In this document: positions 26,360 through 36,500 of the stretch, in pieces
Layout of the letters: the number at the start of each line of letters is the position of its first letter
How positions within the stretch are numbered: the stretch's first letter is position 1
Source: an uncultured virus (IMG/VR IMGVR_UViG_3300040811_000464)
Taxonomy: Duplodnaviria; Heunggongvirae; Uroviricota; Caudoviricetes
Reading direction: 5' to 3' (one strand)
Length of the DNA: 64,000 bases
Virus record (IMG/VR): IMGVR_UViG_3300040811_000464
Made by a program: the position numbers and the translations under genes
The notes under the pieces: model-generated
Told to the model about the DNA's origin: nothing
The model's input: the letters and a program-made list of their open reading frames with translations, nothing else
Databases searched by the model: none

Positions 26360-27652
26360 ATGACTAAGAATTCTACAACAACTAACAACGACAAAGAGAG
26401 CAAACTGGCGCATCTAGTAGGTCCTACAGACCCTCAGGTAGATGCACAAGCCCGTGATCGCCTTATCACTGCCCGTATTGCTCTGTTACTCAGACATTCA
26501 TTTTTTGGTAATCTTGCTACACGTTTGACACTCATCAATGCTGATGAATGGTGTCCAACTGCCGCAACTGATGGTAAGCATTTTTACTACAATGCACGTT
26601 TCATTATGATGCTAAAGAAGAAGGAAGTAGAATTTCTTGTAGCACATGAGGTACTTCATGTAGTTTATGATCATATGGATCGTAGAGGTACTAGGGATCC
26701 TCAACTATGGAACATTGCTGATGACTATTGTGTCAACGCAGACTTGAAAAATCACAACATTGGTGAGTTCATCACTACTGTCCCTTGCTTGTATGACTAC
26801 AAATATGACAAAATGTCAGCAGAGCAAGTCTATGATATTCTGTATGAGAATGCAGAAGTTATTGACATTGAGCAATTGCTTGACCAATTGCTTGATGAAC
26901 ATTTAGAAGGCGAGGGTGCAGGTGCTGGTGATGGTGATGGCGAAGAAGGTGACAAGCCCGGGCCAGTCAAAATGTCTAAGGAAGAAAAGGATGCACTCAA
27001 GCAGGAGATGAAAGAAGCAATCATCAATGCGGCTCAAGGTGCTGAAGCAGGATCATTACCCAAAGGTGTTGAACGTTTAGTTAAAGATTTAACATCTCCT
27101 GTAATGCCCTGGGACGACATTATTCAAACTAATCTGACCAGCACAATGAACAATGACTATTCGTTTATCAAGCCTTCTCGTAGGGGTTGGCATCAGGACG
27201 CAATCATGCCAGGTATGACTCCAGGTGAAATGATTGACGTTGATGTGTTTTTAGATATGTCAGGATCTATTGGTTCTGAACAAGGAACCTTTTTCCTTTC
27301 AGAAATTCAAGGTATTATGGAGACGTTTACTAACTACAAAATTCATGTACATTGTTTTGATACTGAAGTCTACAATCCACAAACATTCGACAGTGATAAC
27401 TTAGATGAAATCACTGACTACGAAATCTACGGTGGTGGTGGTACTGACTTTGATTGTATCTTTAACTATCTGAAACGTGAAGGTCGTGTACCCAATCGTC
27501 TAATCGTATTCACAGATGGTTACCCGTTTGGTAGTTGGGGCGATGAAAACTATTGCGACACTACATGGATCATTCATGGTGACCCTGAGCCGAATCCCCC
27601 TTTCGGTACATGGGCAATCTATGATGAACACAAACATAAACAAGCCGCATGA
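26360..27652 (+). CDS. DUF2201-type metallopeptidase with VWA-like domain, MoxR partner
   Basis: TAATDG, HEVLH (HExxH), DMSGS MIDAS, GGGTDF and FTDG motifs. Confidence 0.85.
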   Translation: MTKNSTTTNNDKESKLAHLVGPTDPQVDAQARDRLITARIALLLRHSFFGNLATRLTLINADEWCPTAATDGKHFYYNARFIMMLKKKEVEFLVAHEVLHVVYDHMDRRGTRDPQLWNIADDYCVNADLKNHNIGEFITTVPCLYDYKYDKMSAEQVYDILYENAEVIDIEQLLDQLLDEHLEGEGAGAGDGDGEEGDKPGPVKMSKEEKDALKQEMKEAIINAAQGAEAGSLPKGVERLVKDLTSPVMPWDDIIQTNLTSTMNNDYSFIKPSRRGWHQDAIMPGMTPGEMIDVDVFLDMSGSIGSEQGTFFLSEIQGIMETFTNYKIHVHCFDTEVYNPQTFDSDNLDEITDYEIYGGGGTDFDCIFNYLKREGRVPNRLIVFTDGYPFGSWGDENYCDTTWIIHGDPEPNPPFGTWAIYDEHKHKQAA

Positions 27653-27942
27653 GCAAAGATCATTTGGAACCTCACAGACCTGCTGATGCAGGTCCAGAGG
27701 ATAAGTTCATTTATGAATCACCAGACGGGGGCAACACAGTGTATGCAAGACCTATAGGTGTACATGAAATGGCACAAAGAAAAAAGGTTTATGAAAATCC
27801 TGAAATGTTAGAAGAAAAGAAATTTTTTGAAAGATGGCACATGTATAAAGATATACTAAAAGTCTCTAAAGACAATCCTGCTCTAAGTAAGTTATTAGAA
27901 CAAGTAGAGATTGTTTATAATTTAAGTGAGGATAGAAAATAA
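27649..27942 (+). CDS. Hypothetical protein
   Basis: IYESPDGG.TVYAR motif; coupled ORF. Confidence 0.65.
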   Translation: MSKDHLEPHRPADAGPEDKFIYESPDGGNTVYARPIGVHEMAQRKKVYENPEMLEEKKFFERWHMYKDILKVSKDNPALSKLLEQVEIVYNLSEDRK

Positions 27943-28106
27943 TGGACGGTGTAATATTAGCCGCAGGCATGATGGCAAGTTTGATTGCTATTGTGAGTTT
28001 ATTAATTAATGAAAACGGTGGTACTAAAGGTATCACACAAGAGTATAAAACTAAAAGTGGTAAAGTACATACTGCTAAAAAATCTAGGGAGCAACACATC
28101 GTATGA
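27942..28106 (+). CDS. Small membrane-anchored protein, 54 aa, not in the ORF track
   Basis: MDGVILAAGMMASLIAIVSLLIN...; overlaps both neighbours at stop/start. Confidence 0.6.
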   Translation: MDGVILAAGMMASLIAIVSLLINENGGTKGITQEYKTKSGKVHTAKKSREQHIV

Positions 28107-28360
28107 AGTTTGAGGATATCAATTTAGATACTTGGTATAAAAATCGTATGTTGACTGATCAAATCCCTGCTCATTTTACATTAGTAAAAACACGTGCTAA
28201 TAAAGAAAATATGCAATGGGTTTTAGAAAGGTTGCACGGTAGATTTGCTGTGGCTAGCAATACTAATACAGATACAGATGATTTTTTATCATACTATCAA
28301 AAAACTTTTGCGTTTGAAGATCCAAAAGAAGCAGTTCAATTTGAACTTACTTGGTCGTAA
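28103..28360 (+). CDS. Hypothetical protein
   Basis: 85 aa, ends FEDPKEAVQFELTWS. Confidence 0.65.
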   Translation: MKFEDINLDTWYKNRMLTDQIPAHFTLVKTRANKENMQWVLERLHGRFAVASNTNTDTDDFLSYYQKTFAFEDPKEAVQFELTWS

Positions 28361-28519
28361 ATGTTTAAGTGTATTTGTCACGCAGTTAGAGAAGGCGAAA
28401 CACATAGATACCATCTTATAGGAACCAAATGCGGTAAGTGTTTACTGCATCCTTTGCCTGAAAAGAAACAAAAGAAGTTTAATAAGAAACACGCCAAGTT
28501 GATAAAACGGGCAAATTAA
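28361..28519 (+). CDS. Bfd-like (2Fe-2S) mini-ferredoxin, 52 aa, not in the ORF track
   Basis: MFKCICHAV...IGTKCGKC matches the Bfd CxC...CGxC pattern. Confidence 0.55.
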   Translation: MFKCICHAVREGETHRYHLIGTKCGKCLLHPLPEKKQKKFNKKHAKLIKRAN

Positions 28520-28599
28520 ACCTCTAAAAATATTTTCATTGCCTATATTCGCATTAAATATTAATGTTAATGTAAAAATCTTACAGGAGAAATTATATA

Positions 28600-29289
28600 A
28601 TGAGTTTTTTAAGACACGTAGGAAAACACGGTGATCGTAAGGTTGCAGTAATTTTCCGTCAAGTACCAAATGAAGAACATATGTGTTTAGTAGCATATAC
28701 ACAATTGTTGAATCAAAATATACACGATCCACTTATGGCTACTATTGAAAGTGATATCGGTCAGAACAGTGAAGAACTTGCTGATGCGTTAAACAGACAA
28801 TATACTAAGTCAGGTGATCGTATCCTTCAAGTATTACACTCAGAAGGAATGCTTAAGAAGATTAGAACTGAAGATGTTGTAATGACACCGGGTCCTAATC
28901 AATCAATTCGTTTAGATGAATTGAATAAAATTTTAGGCGAAATGAAAGCAGGGGAAGAAGCAACTCGTAAGTTAGCAGAAGCAGATGCATCAGCAGGCTT
29001 ACAAGATCCAGCAGATGTTAGACGTAGAAAAGAAGGTTTGATTGGAGAACAAGTAAGACCTGAACCTACTATGGGAACAAATGCACCGGCAGATCCTAAC
29101 ATGGCTATGAATGATGAGGCTTTGGCCCGTGATTTTATGGCTCAAGCAGAACGTATGGAATCTGAAGCCAAAGGTCTAATTGCTGAGTCTAAAAGATTGA
29201 TAAAAGAAGCAAAAGCAATGATGCCTAAGCCAGCAAGAAAAACAACTGCTAAAAAAACAACTACTAGACGTAAGACTGCTGTAAAATAA
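28600..29289 (+). CDS. Hypothetical protein with Lys/Thr-rich tail
   Basis: AGGAG SD and TAAATA upstream; 229 aa. Confidence 0.7.
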   Translation: MSFLRHVGKHGDRKVAVIFRQVPNEEHMCLVAYTQLLNQNIHDPLMATIESDIGQNSEELADALNRQYTKSGDRILQVLHSEGMLKKIRTEDVVMTPGPNQSIRLDELNKILGEMKAGEEATRKLAEADASAGLQDPADVRRRKEGLIGEQVRPEPTMGTNAPADPNMAMNDEALARDFMAQAERMESEAKGLIAESKRLIKEAKAMMPKPARKTTAKKTTTRRKTAVK

Positions 29290-29303
29290 TAAGGAGGTCT
29301 CCT

Positions 29304-29606
29304 ATGGGAGATAAATCTCGTTCAATACAGGACTGGGAACGACTCCTAGAAGATGTAGAAAAACATAAAATACCTGTAGAATTTTTACAGAAACTAGTCT
29401 TACGAATGATAGGACGTAAGCAAAAAACCATTAACATTGAAAAGTACCTAAATCAAGGACTTGACTCAGAAACAGTAGAAATTATAGTTAGTAAACTGTT
29501 AGAGGAATATGAAGATGAAATCTTATCAATAGATTTTATTCTTAATATAGAAAGAATTGCAGATGCAGTTCAGCCTGAAACGGATAAACTACTAAGTGGT
29601 CTATAA
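29304..29606 (+). CDS. Hypothetical protein
   Basis: AAGGAGG SD; 100 aa. Confidence 0.7.
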   Translation: MGDKSRSIQDWERLLEDVEKHKIPVEFLQKLVLRMIGRKQKTINIEKYLNQGLDSETVEIIVSKLLEEYEDEILSIDFILNIERIADAVQPETDKLLSGL

Positions 29607-29623
29607 AATCTCTGTAAACTATA

Positions 29624-29643
29624 GAAGGGACTTCGGTCCCTTC
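29624..29643 (+). terminator. cUUCGg-capped hairpin
   Basis: GAAGGGAC-TTCG-GTCCCTTC. Confidence 0.65.
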
Positions 29644-29667
29644 ACTCTATTATGATAAGGAAAAACG

Positions 29668-30336
29668 TTGAAAGTTAAATTAATCAGTCATTCACAAGCA
29701 CCGAACTTTAACGAGTCTGCATTAGACTTAGTGGCATACTGTGCAAGAGTAAGCAATCCAGACAATCAAAACAATAAAGAAACTTCAGAAAAATTAGTAA
29801 AGTATTTGATGAAACACAAACACTGGTCACCACTTGAAATGGTTAGTGCATGTTTAGAGATTGAAACTACACGTGATATTGCTAGACAGATATTAAGACA
29901 TAGAAGTTTTAGTTTCCAAGAGTTTAGTCAACGTTATGCTGATCCAACAAAAGACTTGGACTTTGAATTACGTGAAGCACGTTTACAAGATCCTAAGAAT
30001 CGACAGAACAGTATCGCACTTGATATGTCTGATGAATACGAAGGTGGCCTACAAGATCGTTGGTGTCAAATGCAAGAACGAGTTATAAACGAATCGAAGT
30101 TAGCATATAATTGGGCTATCAACAACGGCATTGCTAAAGAACAAGCAAGAGCAGTACTACCAGAAGGAAATACTGTAAGTCGAATGTATGTAAATGGAAC
30201 CTTACGCAGTTGGATACACTATATTGAATTACGCGGCGCCAATGGTACACAACAAGAACATATCGATATTGCTCATGCAGTAGCAGAAGTTATTTCTGTT
30301 ATCTTCCCAATAAGTTTGCAAAATGAGTCTGTATAA
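29668..30336 (+). CDS. thyX: Flavin-dependent thymidylate synthase
   Basis: HWSPLE and RHRSFSFQEFSQRY signature. Confidence 0.95.
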   Translation: MKVKLISHSQAPNFNESALDLVAYCARVSNPDNQNNKETSEKLVKYLMKHKHWSPLEMVSACLEIETTRDIARQILRHRSFSFQEFSQRYADPTKDLDFELREARLQDPKNRQNSIALDMSDEYEGGLQDRWCQMQERVINESKLAYNWAINNGIAKEQARAVLPEGNTVSRMYVNGTLRSWIHYIELRGANGTQQEHIDIAHAVAEVISVIFPISLQNESV

Positions 30337-30350
30337 CGTACACTTATAAT

Positions 30351-30608
30351 ATGAAACAAGAATGGGAAGCAAATGAAATAGACGTATATCACATTAATAT
30401 GGGTGACGTTGAAGATCCGGATCTGATGGTAGCACCTGCTATATATGAATGGCAACAAACAGAAGCCGGAAAGTATGTTATGGAGAATAGCAATCCAACT
30501 GCTAAGTGGGTAAGAAGTAATTCACCGAGTTATATGGGACATAAATATACGATAAAGGCATACTTCACAGACAAAGAAGTTACATATTGGAAACTAAAAT
30601 ACGAGTAA
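30351..30608 (+). CDS. Hypothetical protein
   Basis: 85 aa with MGDVEDPDL motif. Confidence 0.65.
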   Translation: MKQEWEANEIDVYHINMGDVEDPDLMVAPAIYEWQQTEAGKYVMENSNPTAKWVRSNSPSYMGHKYTIKAYFTDKEVTYWKLKYE

Positions 30609-30611
30609 ATT

Positions 30612-31730
30612 ATGGCACATAAGAAAAAATTAAACATATGCGTAACAGGTGGATTAGGATTTATCGGTGCCCATGTTGTAGTTAAATTAATTAACGAAGG
30701 ACATGATATTGCTATTTTAGATACTAAAACAGATTATGGTATCATAGACCAAGAAGAATTGGATGCTGTAACAAAAGAAAGATTTTTTGGTATAGCAGGT
30801 AGAATGACTGGCGCTACCAATTTAAACATCTACACGATTGATGTTGCTAACCCTGAACTAAAAACTTTATTTGAAAAAGAAAAGTTTGATGCCGTAATTC
30901 ATCTTGCAAGTTTCCCTAGACAAAAAGTAGTCAATAACAATCCAACTGCTGGCTCTAAAGTAATGAGTGAAGGTTTGTTAAACTTATTAGAACTAAGTAG
31001 GACAACAGGAGTAGATCGTTTTACATATATCAGTTCTTCAATGGTATACGGAGATTTTTCAGATGGCGTTGAAGAATGGGAAGACTGCATACCCAAAGGT
31101 CAGTATGCAATTATGAAGTATGCTGGAGAGTTGTTAGTGCAAGATTACACTAGGCAATATGGATTAAATCATACTATCATTCGTCCTAGTGCTGTGTATG
31201 GTCCTTTAGATGTCTGCGATAGAGTTATTTCTAAATTCTTTTACAACGCAATCAAAGGTGAAAAAATTGTTGTTAATGGCAAGATGGAGAAATTAGATTT
31301 TACATTTGTAAATGATGTTGCAACTGGTATTGTACAAGCAACAACAAGTGCTAAAGCAAAAAATGAAACATATAATCTTACTAAATCACAGGGTGTAACA
31401 CTTTATGATGCCGCAACAATGGTTAAACAAATAGTAGGAAAAGGTAATATTGAAGTCAAACAAAAAGATAACAATTTCCCTAGCAGAGGCGCATTAAGTA
31501 CTGAAAAAGCAAAAAACGATTTCAACTTTAATCCAGTTACAAATCTAAATGAAGGTTTGGTAGTTTATTATAATTGGTTACAAAATTCTGCTTATTGGCA
31601 AGAACAATTTAATCCTAAGCCTAAACAAGAAGTTAAAGTTGCTCCGGCAAAAGTCACTAATGTTAAGACAAAGCCAACAAAGCCTAAAACAACAAGAAAA
31701 CCTAGAGCAAAAGCAAAGCCGAAAAAATGA
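30612..31730 (+). CDS. NAD-dependent epimerase/dehydratase with basic tail
   Basis: TGGLGFIG, SSSMVYG and YAIMK (YxxxK) motifs. Confidence 0.9.
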   Translation: MAHKKKLNICVTGGLGFIGAHVVVKLINEGHDIAILDTKTDYGIIDQEELDAVTKERFFGIAGRMTGATNLNIYTIDVANPELKTLFEKEKFDAVIHLASFPRQKVVNNNPTAGSKVMSEGLLNLLELSRTTGVDRFTYISSSMVYGDFSDGVEEWEDCIPKGQYAIMKYAGELLVQDYTRQYGLNHTIIRPSAVYGPLDVCDRVISKFFYNAIKGEKIVVNGKMEKLDFTFVNDVATGIVQATTSAKAKNETYNLTKSQGVTLYDAATMVKQIVGKGNIEVKQKDNNFPSRGALSTEKAKNDFNFNPVTNLNEGLVVYYNWLQNSAYWQEQFNPKPKQEVKVAPAKVTNVKTKPTKPKTTRKPRAKAKPKK

Positions 31731-32944
31731 CGGAGTCGTTTTGTGTTTTACCTTGGGTAAACATTACGGTTGACCCGGACGGCGCAATTAAACCTTGTTG
31801 CATTTCACATGACTATATTAAAAAAGAAGACGGTACCAAGTTTAACTTGGGTTATGATAGTATTGATGACATCTACAACAGCAAAGACTTTGTTGATCTA
31901 AGACAAAAGATGTTAGACGGAGAGTATATCTCTGGATGTGATGTATGTTATCACAATGAAAAGTACGGTCGTCAAAGTCGTAGATTAATTAACAACGAAC
32001 AATACAAAAATGTTATTCCAACTACGACTACGAGTAATTTAAAAATTAAATTCTTTGATTTACGTTTTGGTAATTTATGTAATCTCAAATGTAGAAGTTG
32101 TAACCCTACAAACAGTAGTCAGATAGAAAAAGAAATCTTAGAAATCAACAATGCAGAGTACACAAGATTTTACCCACAGTTTGATGTAGAAAGTAATTAC
32201 TGGTGGGAGACAGATACGTTTGATGAAAATATAAAAAGTCAAGTAGACAATATAGATACAATTTACATGACTGGTGGCGAGCCTACTGTTATCGAAAAGA
32301 ACTTTGAAATATTAAGTGAGTTAATAGAGTTAGATAAAAGTAAAGACATCACTTTAATTATCAATACAAATCTTACAAACACCAATCCAAAATTCTATCA
32401 GTATCTACCTAACTTTAAGTCAGTCATACTACAACTTAGTATTGATGGTTACAAGGGTGTACAAGAGTATCTAAGATACCCTAGCAAGTTTAGTCAGATT
32501 GACGAAAGCATACAGAAACTTATTAAAATGCATAATGTTAAATTGTGGGCGACACCTGTTATTCAGATAGGAAATTTAAACATGATAGTTGATCTGTTTA
32601 AATACTTTGAAGACATTAACATTAAAGAAAACAAGCCGTTAATTGATATTAGACCGATTTTATTGCAAGACCCACAACATTTAAATATCGATTATTTGCC
32701 CAAAGACTTCAAACAAAAAGCCTTTGCAAAAATATTTATGTGGATGTTAAATGATTGCAAATGGCAGTCACAGATTTTTAAAGATACAATAAACGCATTA
32801 AAAGAAAAGTGCCAAGAAGAAAGCAAAGACATAAACATGTTACAAGAATATATTAAATTTAATAATTTGTTAGATGATCATAGAGGACAGAGACTAGCAG
32901 ATTGTAACTACGATTTGCATACACTGTTAAAAGAATATGATTAA
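31727..32944 (+). CDS. Radical SAM protein with N-terminal SPASM/twitch-like Cys cluster
   Basis: FCVLPW...PCC...C..C; GNLCNLKCRSC; GGEP. Confidence 0.85.
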   Translation: MTESFCVLPWVNITVDPDGAIKPCCISHDYIKKEDGTKFNLGYDSIDDIYNSKDFVDLRQKMLDGEYISGCDVCYHNEKYGRQSRRLINNEQYKNVIPTTTTSNLKIKFFDLRFGNLCNLKCRSCNPTNSSQIEKEILEINNAEYTRFYPQFDVESNYWWETDTFDENIKSQVDNIDTIYMTGGEPTVIEKNFEILSELIELDKSKDITLIINTNLTNTNPKFYQYLPNFKSVILQLSIDGYKGVQEYLRYPSKFSQIDESIQKLIKMHNVKLWATPVIQIGNLNMIVDLFKYFEDINIKENKPLIDIRPILLQDPQHLNIDYLPKDFKQKAFAKIFMWMLNDCKWQSQIFKDTINALKEKCQEESKDINMLQEYIKFNNLLDDHRGQRLADCNYDLHTLLKEYD

Positions 32945-34046
32945 GTATTTTGGATTAGACAGACAATACAAAAATCTTAAAGATGAATTGCTTGATGCAA
33001 CTGATTCAGTTCTTTCTAGTGGCGGTCTTAATGACGGTGAGTATTCACAGAAATTTACAGATTGGTTATCAATAAAAACAAAGGCCGAATTTGTCATACT
33101 GTGTCATAGTGGAACTCAAGCATTAGAAATTATTGCACGTTACGAAAGAGATACGTCTCCAGACCAAGATCCATTTACTAAATGGGATTACGACCAAGAA
33201 TCATATCGAACAATTAGAGTTCCTAATCTAACATACCCCGCAACAATGAATGCATTTTTAAGTGCTGGATTAAATGTAGAATTGGCAGATACAGATTCAA
33301 ATGGAATCATTCTACCTCAACCAGAAGATCAATTACAAAAAATTGAATGTCATGTTGGTTTATTCGGTGCACCAACTGTAGCAGTAGAAAGTGATAATGG
33401 TATTGGAGTATTAAACAATAATGTTGCAATTATAGACGGAGCACAACATTGGTTAATTGCAGACGGTAACATAGGAACTGCAATGGCAATTAGTTTTGAT
33501 CCTACTAAAAATTTAAATGCTTCGGGCAATGGTGGAGCCATTGTTACTAATAACCAAGCCTTATATGAATTTGCTACGCAATGGAGAGACAATGGAAAAC
33601 CTTATCATTTTTATTCTGGAACAAATTCTAAAATGAGTGAACTAGATTGTTCTCATTTGTTAGTAAGAGCAAAGTATATAGATGAATGGCAAGAACGTAG
33701 AAAACAAATTAGAAAATACTACATAGACAGATTTAAACATATCCAATCATTAAAATGTTTAAGTGAAGGGTTTGACATACATGCTGATTCAAAGTTTGTA
33801 GTTAATGCTAGAGCGGAACGTCAGCATTTAGAAGCATGGTTAAATACTAAAAATATAGAAACTAAAATACATTATAAACAAGCATTAAGTGAACACCCTA
33901 TTGCAGAAAATTTAGAAAAACCAGACTTGATGGCTACAAGTGTATTACTTACCCGATCATTATTAAGTTTGCCTATGTATCCTGAATTAACTGATGCAGA
34001 AGTCGAAGAAGTTGCAAATCAAGTTTGCATTTTTTATGAGCCTTAA
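32937..34046 (+). CDS. DegT/DnrJ/EryC1/StrS aminotransferase
   Basis: SGTQAL, DGAQ, SFDPTKNL..GNGG and LSLPMYP motifs. Confidence 0.9.
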   Translation: MIKYFGLDRQYKNLKDELLDATDSVLSSGGLNDGEYSQKFTDWLSIKTKAEFVILCHSGTQALEIIARYERDTSPDQDPFTKWDYDQESYRTIRVPNLTYPATMNAFLSAGLNVELADTDSNGIILPQPEDQLQKIECHVGLFGAPTVAVESDNGIGVLNNNVAIIDGAQHWLIADGNIGTAMAISFDPTKNLNASGNGGAIVTNNQALYEFATQWRDNGKPYHFYSGTNSKMSELDCSHLLVRAKYIDEWQERRKQIRKYYIDRFKHIQSLKCLSEGFDIHADSKFVVNARAERQHLEAWLNTKNIETKIHYKQALSEHPIAENLEKPDLMATSVLLTRSLLSLPMYPELTDAEVEEVANQVCIFYEP

Positions 34047-34057
34047 TAAATAATATA

Positions 34058-35437
34058 ATGTCTAAAAAAATTGTCCCTGCTGATATTGCAGAAGAAATTG
34101 TAGAAAAAAGAGAAGGTATCGATATTTCAAAAGATGACAAATCTGATTTGTGGATTTGGGATAAATTACACTGGTTTTATTTTCCTGACTTAGTAGAAAG
34201 ACCTGCATCACAAGACGAACATTTACAAGAACGTATCTTACCTAGTGTAAACTACAACGACCATAAACCAACATATGTGTATATGCACAATGGACGTATG
34301 GACGAACTAGAAAGTATTAATCATACTCCAGAAGTAGTTGAACACTTAAATGAAACAGGTGTAACATTCTATCTAAATGAGCCTTTGTGTATGTATGATA
34401 GTTCTTCACTTATGTCTGAACATACATTAACATTTTATTCAGAATTCAATGGTAAAGAAAAGCCGGAGAATATACGTTCTGATGAATTAAATTGTATACG
34501 TGATTATATTACTAGAAACAATCTTACAAACGTCAAAGTAAAAACATGTGATTATAAGTCAGAAAAAATGTTCCCCTATTATAGTGAATGGATGACAATA
34601 ACATGTGAAGATACTTTTGTTAAAAATTCACCGTACGTTAATATATTAGATGATTCATACGATAGCGGGAATCTATTGGGTAAAGCCTCTAAAAATTTTA
34701 CAAAAAAGTTTATAAATTTAAATTGGAGATGGGCACCACATAGAAATCTTATCGCCGCATTTCTTGCTAATAGTGAGGCAGACATTAGTTTTGTTTTTAA
34801 AACTGAACTAGAAAGATTACAGATTTTACCTTGGTTCGATATTAGAAAGTGTCCTAAAAAATACAGGAAACGTTTATATGAGGGCATATATAAAATAGAT
34901 AATGATGGGCCTTTAAATGTAGATGTAGTTTTTGAAGAATTACTTGATATAGAAAAGACGCCATACCCGGTCAACACTACAATTGACGAACACTTTGATC
35001 CTTCTGTAGATGAAGCACTAAATTTGGAGAATGAAGATGTACACCACACTGGTGTATGGCCTATAGAAAAATATTATAAAGATATATTTTGTGATGTTGT
35101 TACTGAATCTAGGTTTGCACAGCCTACCCCAAACTATAGTGAAAAAGTACAACAACCTATGTGGTTTCGTAAACCTTTTATTCTCATGGCACCCCCGGGT
35201 ACATTAAAGTATCTACATGAACACGGCTATAAGACTTTCAGTGACTTTTGGGACGAGTCGTATGATGACTGCACTGACCATGAAAAACGTTTGTATAAAA
35301 TATTTGAAATTATAAAATATATCGAAAGTAAAACAATTACTGAATTAAAAGACATCTATAGAGACATGAGACCTATACTAGATCATAATCGTATTCACGT
35401 GGAGAAAAGCATTTACCAGTGGAGAGGCGATAAATAG
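34058..35437 (+). CDS. Glycosyltransferase-like protein, paralog of the 10105 C-domain
   Basis: LNWRWAPHR, DVVTESRF...YSEK and KPFIL motifs. Confidence 0.55.
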   Translation: MSKKIVPADIAEEIVEKREGIDISKDDKSDLWIWDKLHWFYFPDLVERPASQDEHLQERILPSVNYNDHKPTYVYMHNGRMDELESINHTPEVVEHLNETGVTFYLNEPLCMYDSSSLMSEHTLTFYSEFNGKEKPENIRSDELNCIRDYITRNNLTNVKVKTCDYKSEKMFPYYSEWMTITCEDTFVKNSPYVNILDDSYDSGNLLGKASKNFTKKFINLNWRWAPHRNLIAAFLANSEADISFVFKTELERLQILPWFDIRKCPKKYRKRLYEGIYKIDNDGPLNVDVVFEELLDIEKTPYPVNTTIDEHFDPSVDEALNLENEDVHHTGVWPIEKYYKDIFCDVVTESRFAQPTPNYSEKVQQPMWFRKPFILMAPPGTLKYLHEHGYKTFSDFWDESYDDCTDHEKRLYKIFEIIKYIESKTITELKDIYRDMRPILDHNRIHVEKSIYQWRGDK

Positions 35438-35462
35438 TAGTATATTATAGAGGAGGTTTCTA

Positions 35463-35885
35463 ATGGGATTAGGAATTATTGATTCAGTTATAGGCGCCGC
35501 AGGACCGATATTAGATAAGTTTATCGTAGACAAAGACAAGAAAGCAGAAATGGAACACGAACTTAAAATGGTGTTACATAATGCTAATCTACAACAAAAT
35601 CAAATCAATATAGAACAAGCAAAACATCCAAGTATTTTTGTAGCAGGAGCAAGACCTGCAATTATGTGGATATGTGCATTTGGTTTAGCATGGTCTTATG
35701 TTTTAGCACCAGTTGCTAATTGGGTAGTTGTCGTTAGCGGAGCAGACGTAACATTACCTGTTATTCAAACAGAAGGTTTGATGACACTTACATTATCTAT
35801 GTTAGGCTTAGGTGGTATGCGTAGTTTTGAAAAAATGAATGGATTAGCCAGAGAAAATATGAAGGCTACTCCACCAAAGCAATAG
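35463..35885 (+). CDS. Holin (3TM, GTA-holin/DUF3154-like)
   Basis: FVAGARPAIMWIC and MLGLGGMRSFEK motifs; GAGGAGG SD. Confidence 0.8.
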   Translation: MGLGIIDSVIGAAGPILDKFIVDKDKKAEMEHELKMVLHNANLQQNQINIEQAKHPSIFVAGARPAIMWICAFGLAWSYVLAPVANWVVVVSGADVTLPVIQTEGLMTLTLSMLGLGGMRSFEKMNGLARENMKATPPKQ

Positions 35886-35936
35886 CATTGTTACTTGCCC
35901 AATCGCATAAATACAATATAAGACTGGGATAAAAAT

Positions 35937-36500
35937 ATGGCTACATACGAAATTATTAATATAGGTGCGTTACCAAATGACGGTTCAGGTGATCCGTTAA
36001 GAGTTGCCTTTGATAAGATCAATAACAACTTTGCGAACCTATACTCTACTGCTGTTATATCATCTAATACATACACAACAGGTAATACAGCACAACAAGT
36101 CATTTGGGAATACCCAGCAAACGCATTTACATTGGGTTCATTTTTTATTAAAACAAACGACCCCGGCACAATTGATCAACAAGATGTTAGATTAGATGCA
36201 CAATTAAGTGCTAACTCAGCCAATATTAAATTTTCAGCATACTCATCTACACAGTGGGGAAATGTGTTAATAAGAGGCACCGGATATGATATGGATGTCA
36301 ATGCTGGTAACGTTAGGATATTAGTTGATCCTGACCCAGCAAACGTATCTGGTTCACAAACACTATTTCATTTTATTAATTCTTCGGTCATGTTCCAAGG
36401 AGAAGCACCAGCAGGATTGCCAATCGCACTTGATGGCTATGTAGATTCTGAACTTGCAACTGAAGTAGACGACACAATTACAACTGAAGAAACACCATAA
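35937..36500 (+). CDS. Baseplate/tail protein with gp9/gp10-like N-terminal motif
   Basis: INIGALPNDGSGDPLRVAFDKINNNF. Confidence 0.7.
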   Translation: MATYEIINIGALPNDGSGDPLRVAFDKINNNFANLYSTAVISSNTYTTGNTAQQVIWEYPANAFTLGSFFIKTNDPGTIDQQDVRLDAQLSANSANIKFSAYSSTQWGNVLIRGTGYDMDVNAGNVRILVDPDPANVSGSQTLFHFINSSVMFQGEAPAGLPIALDGYVDSELATEVDDTITTEETP

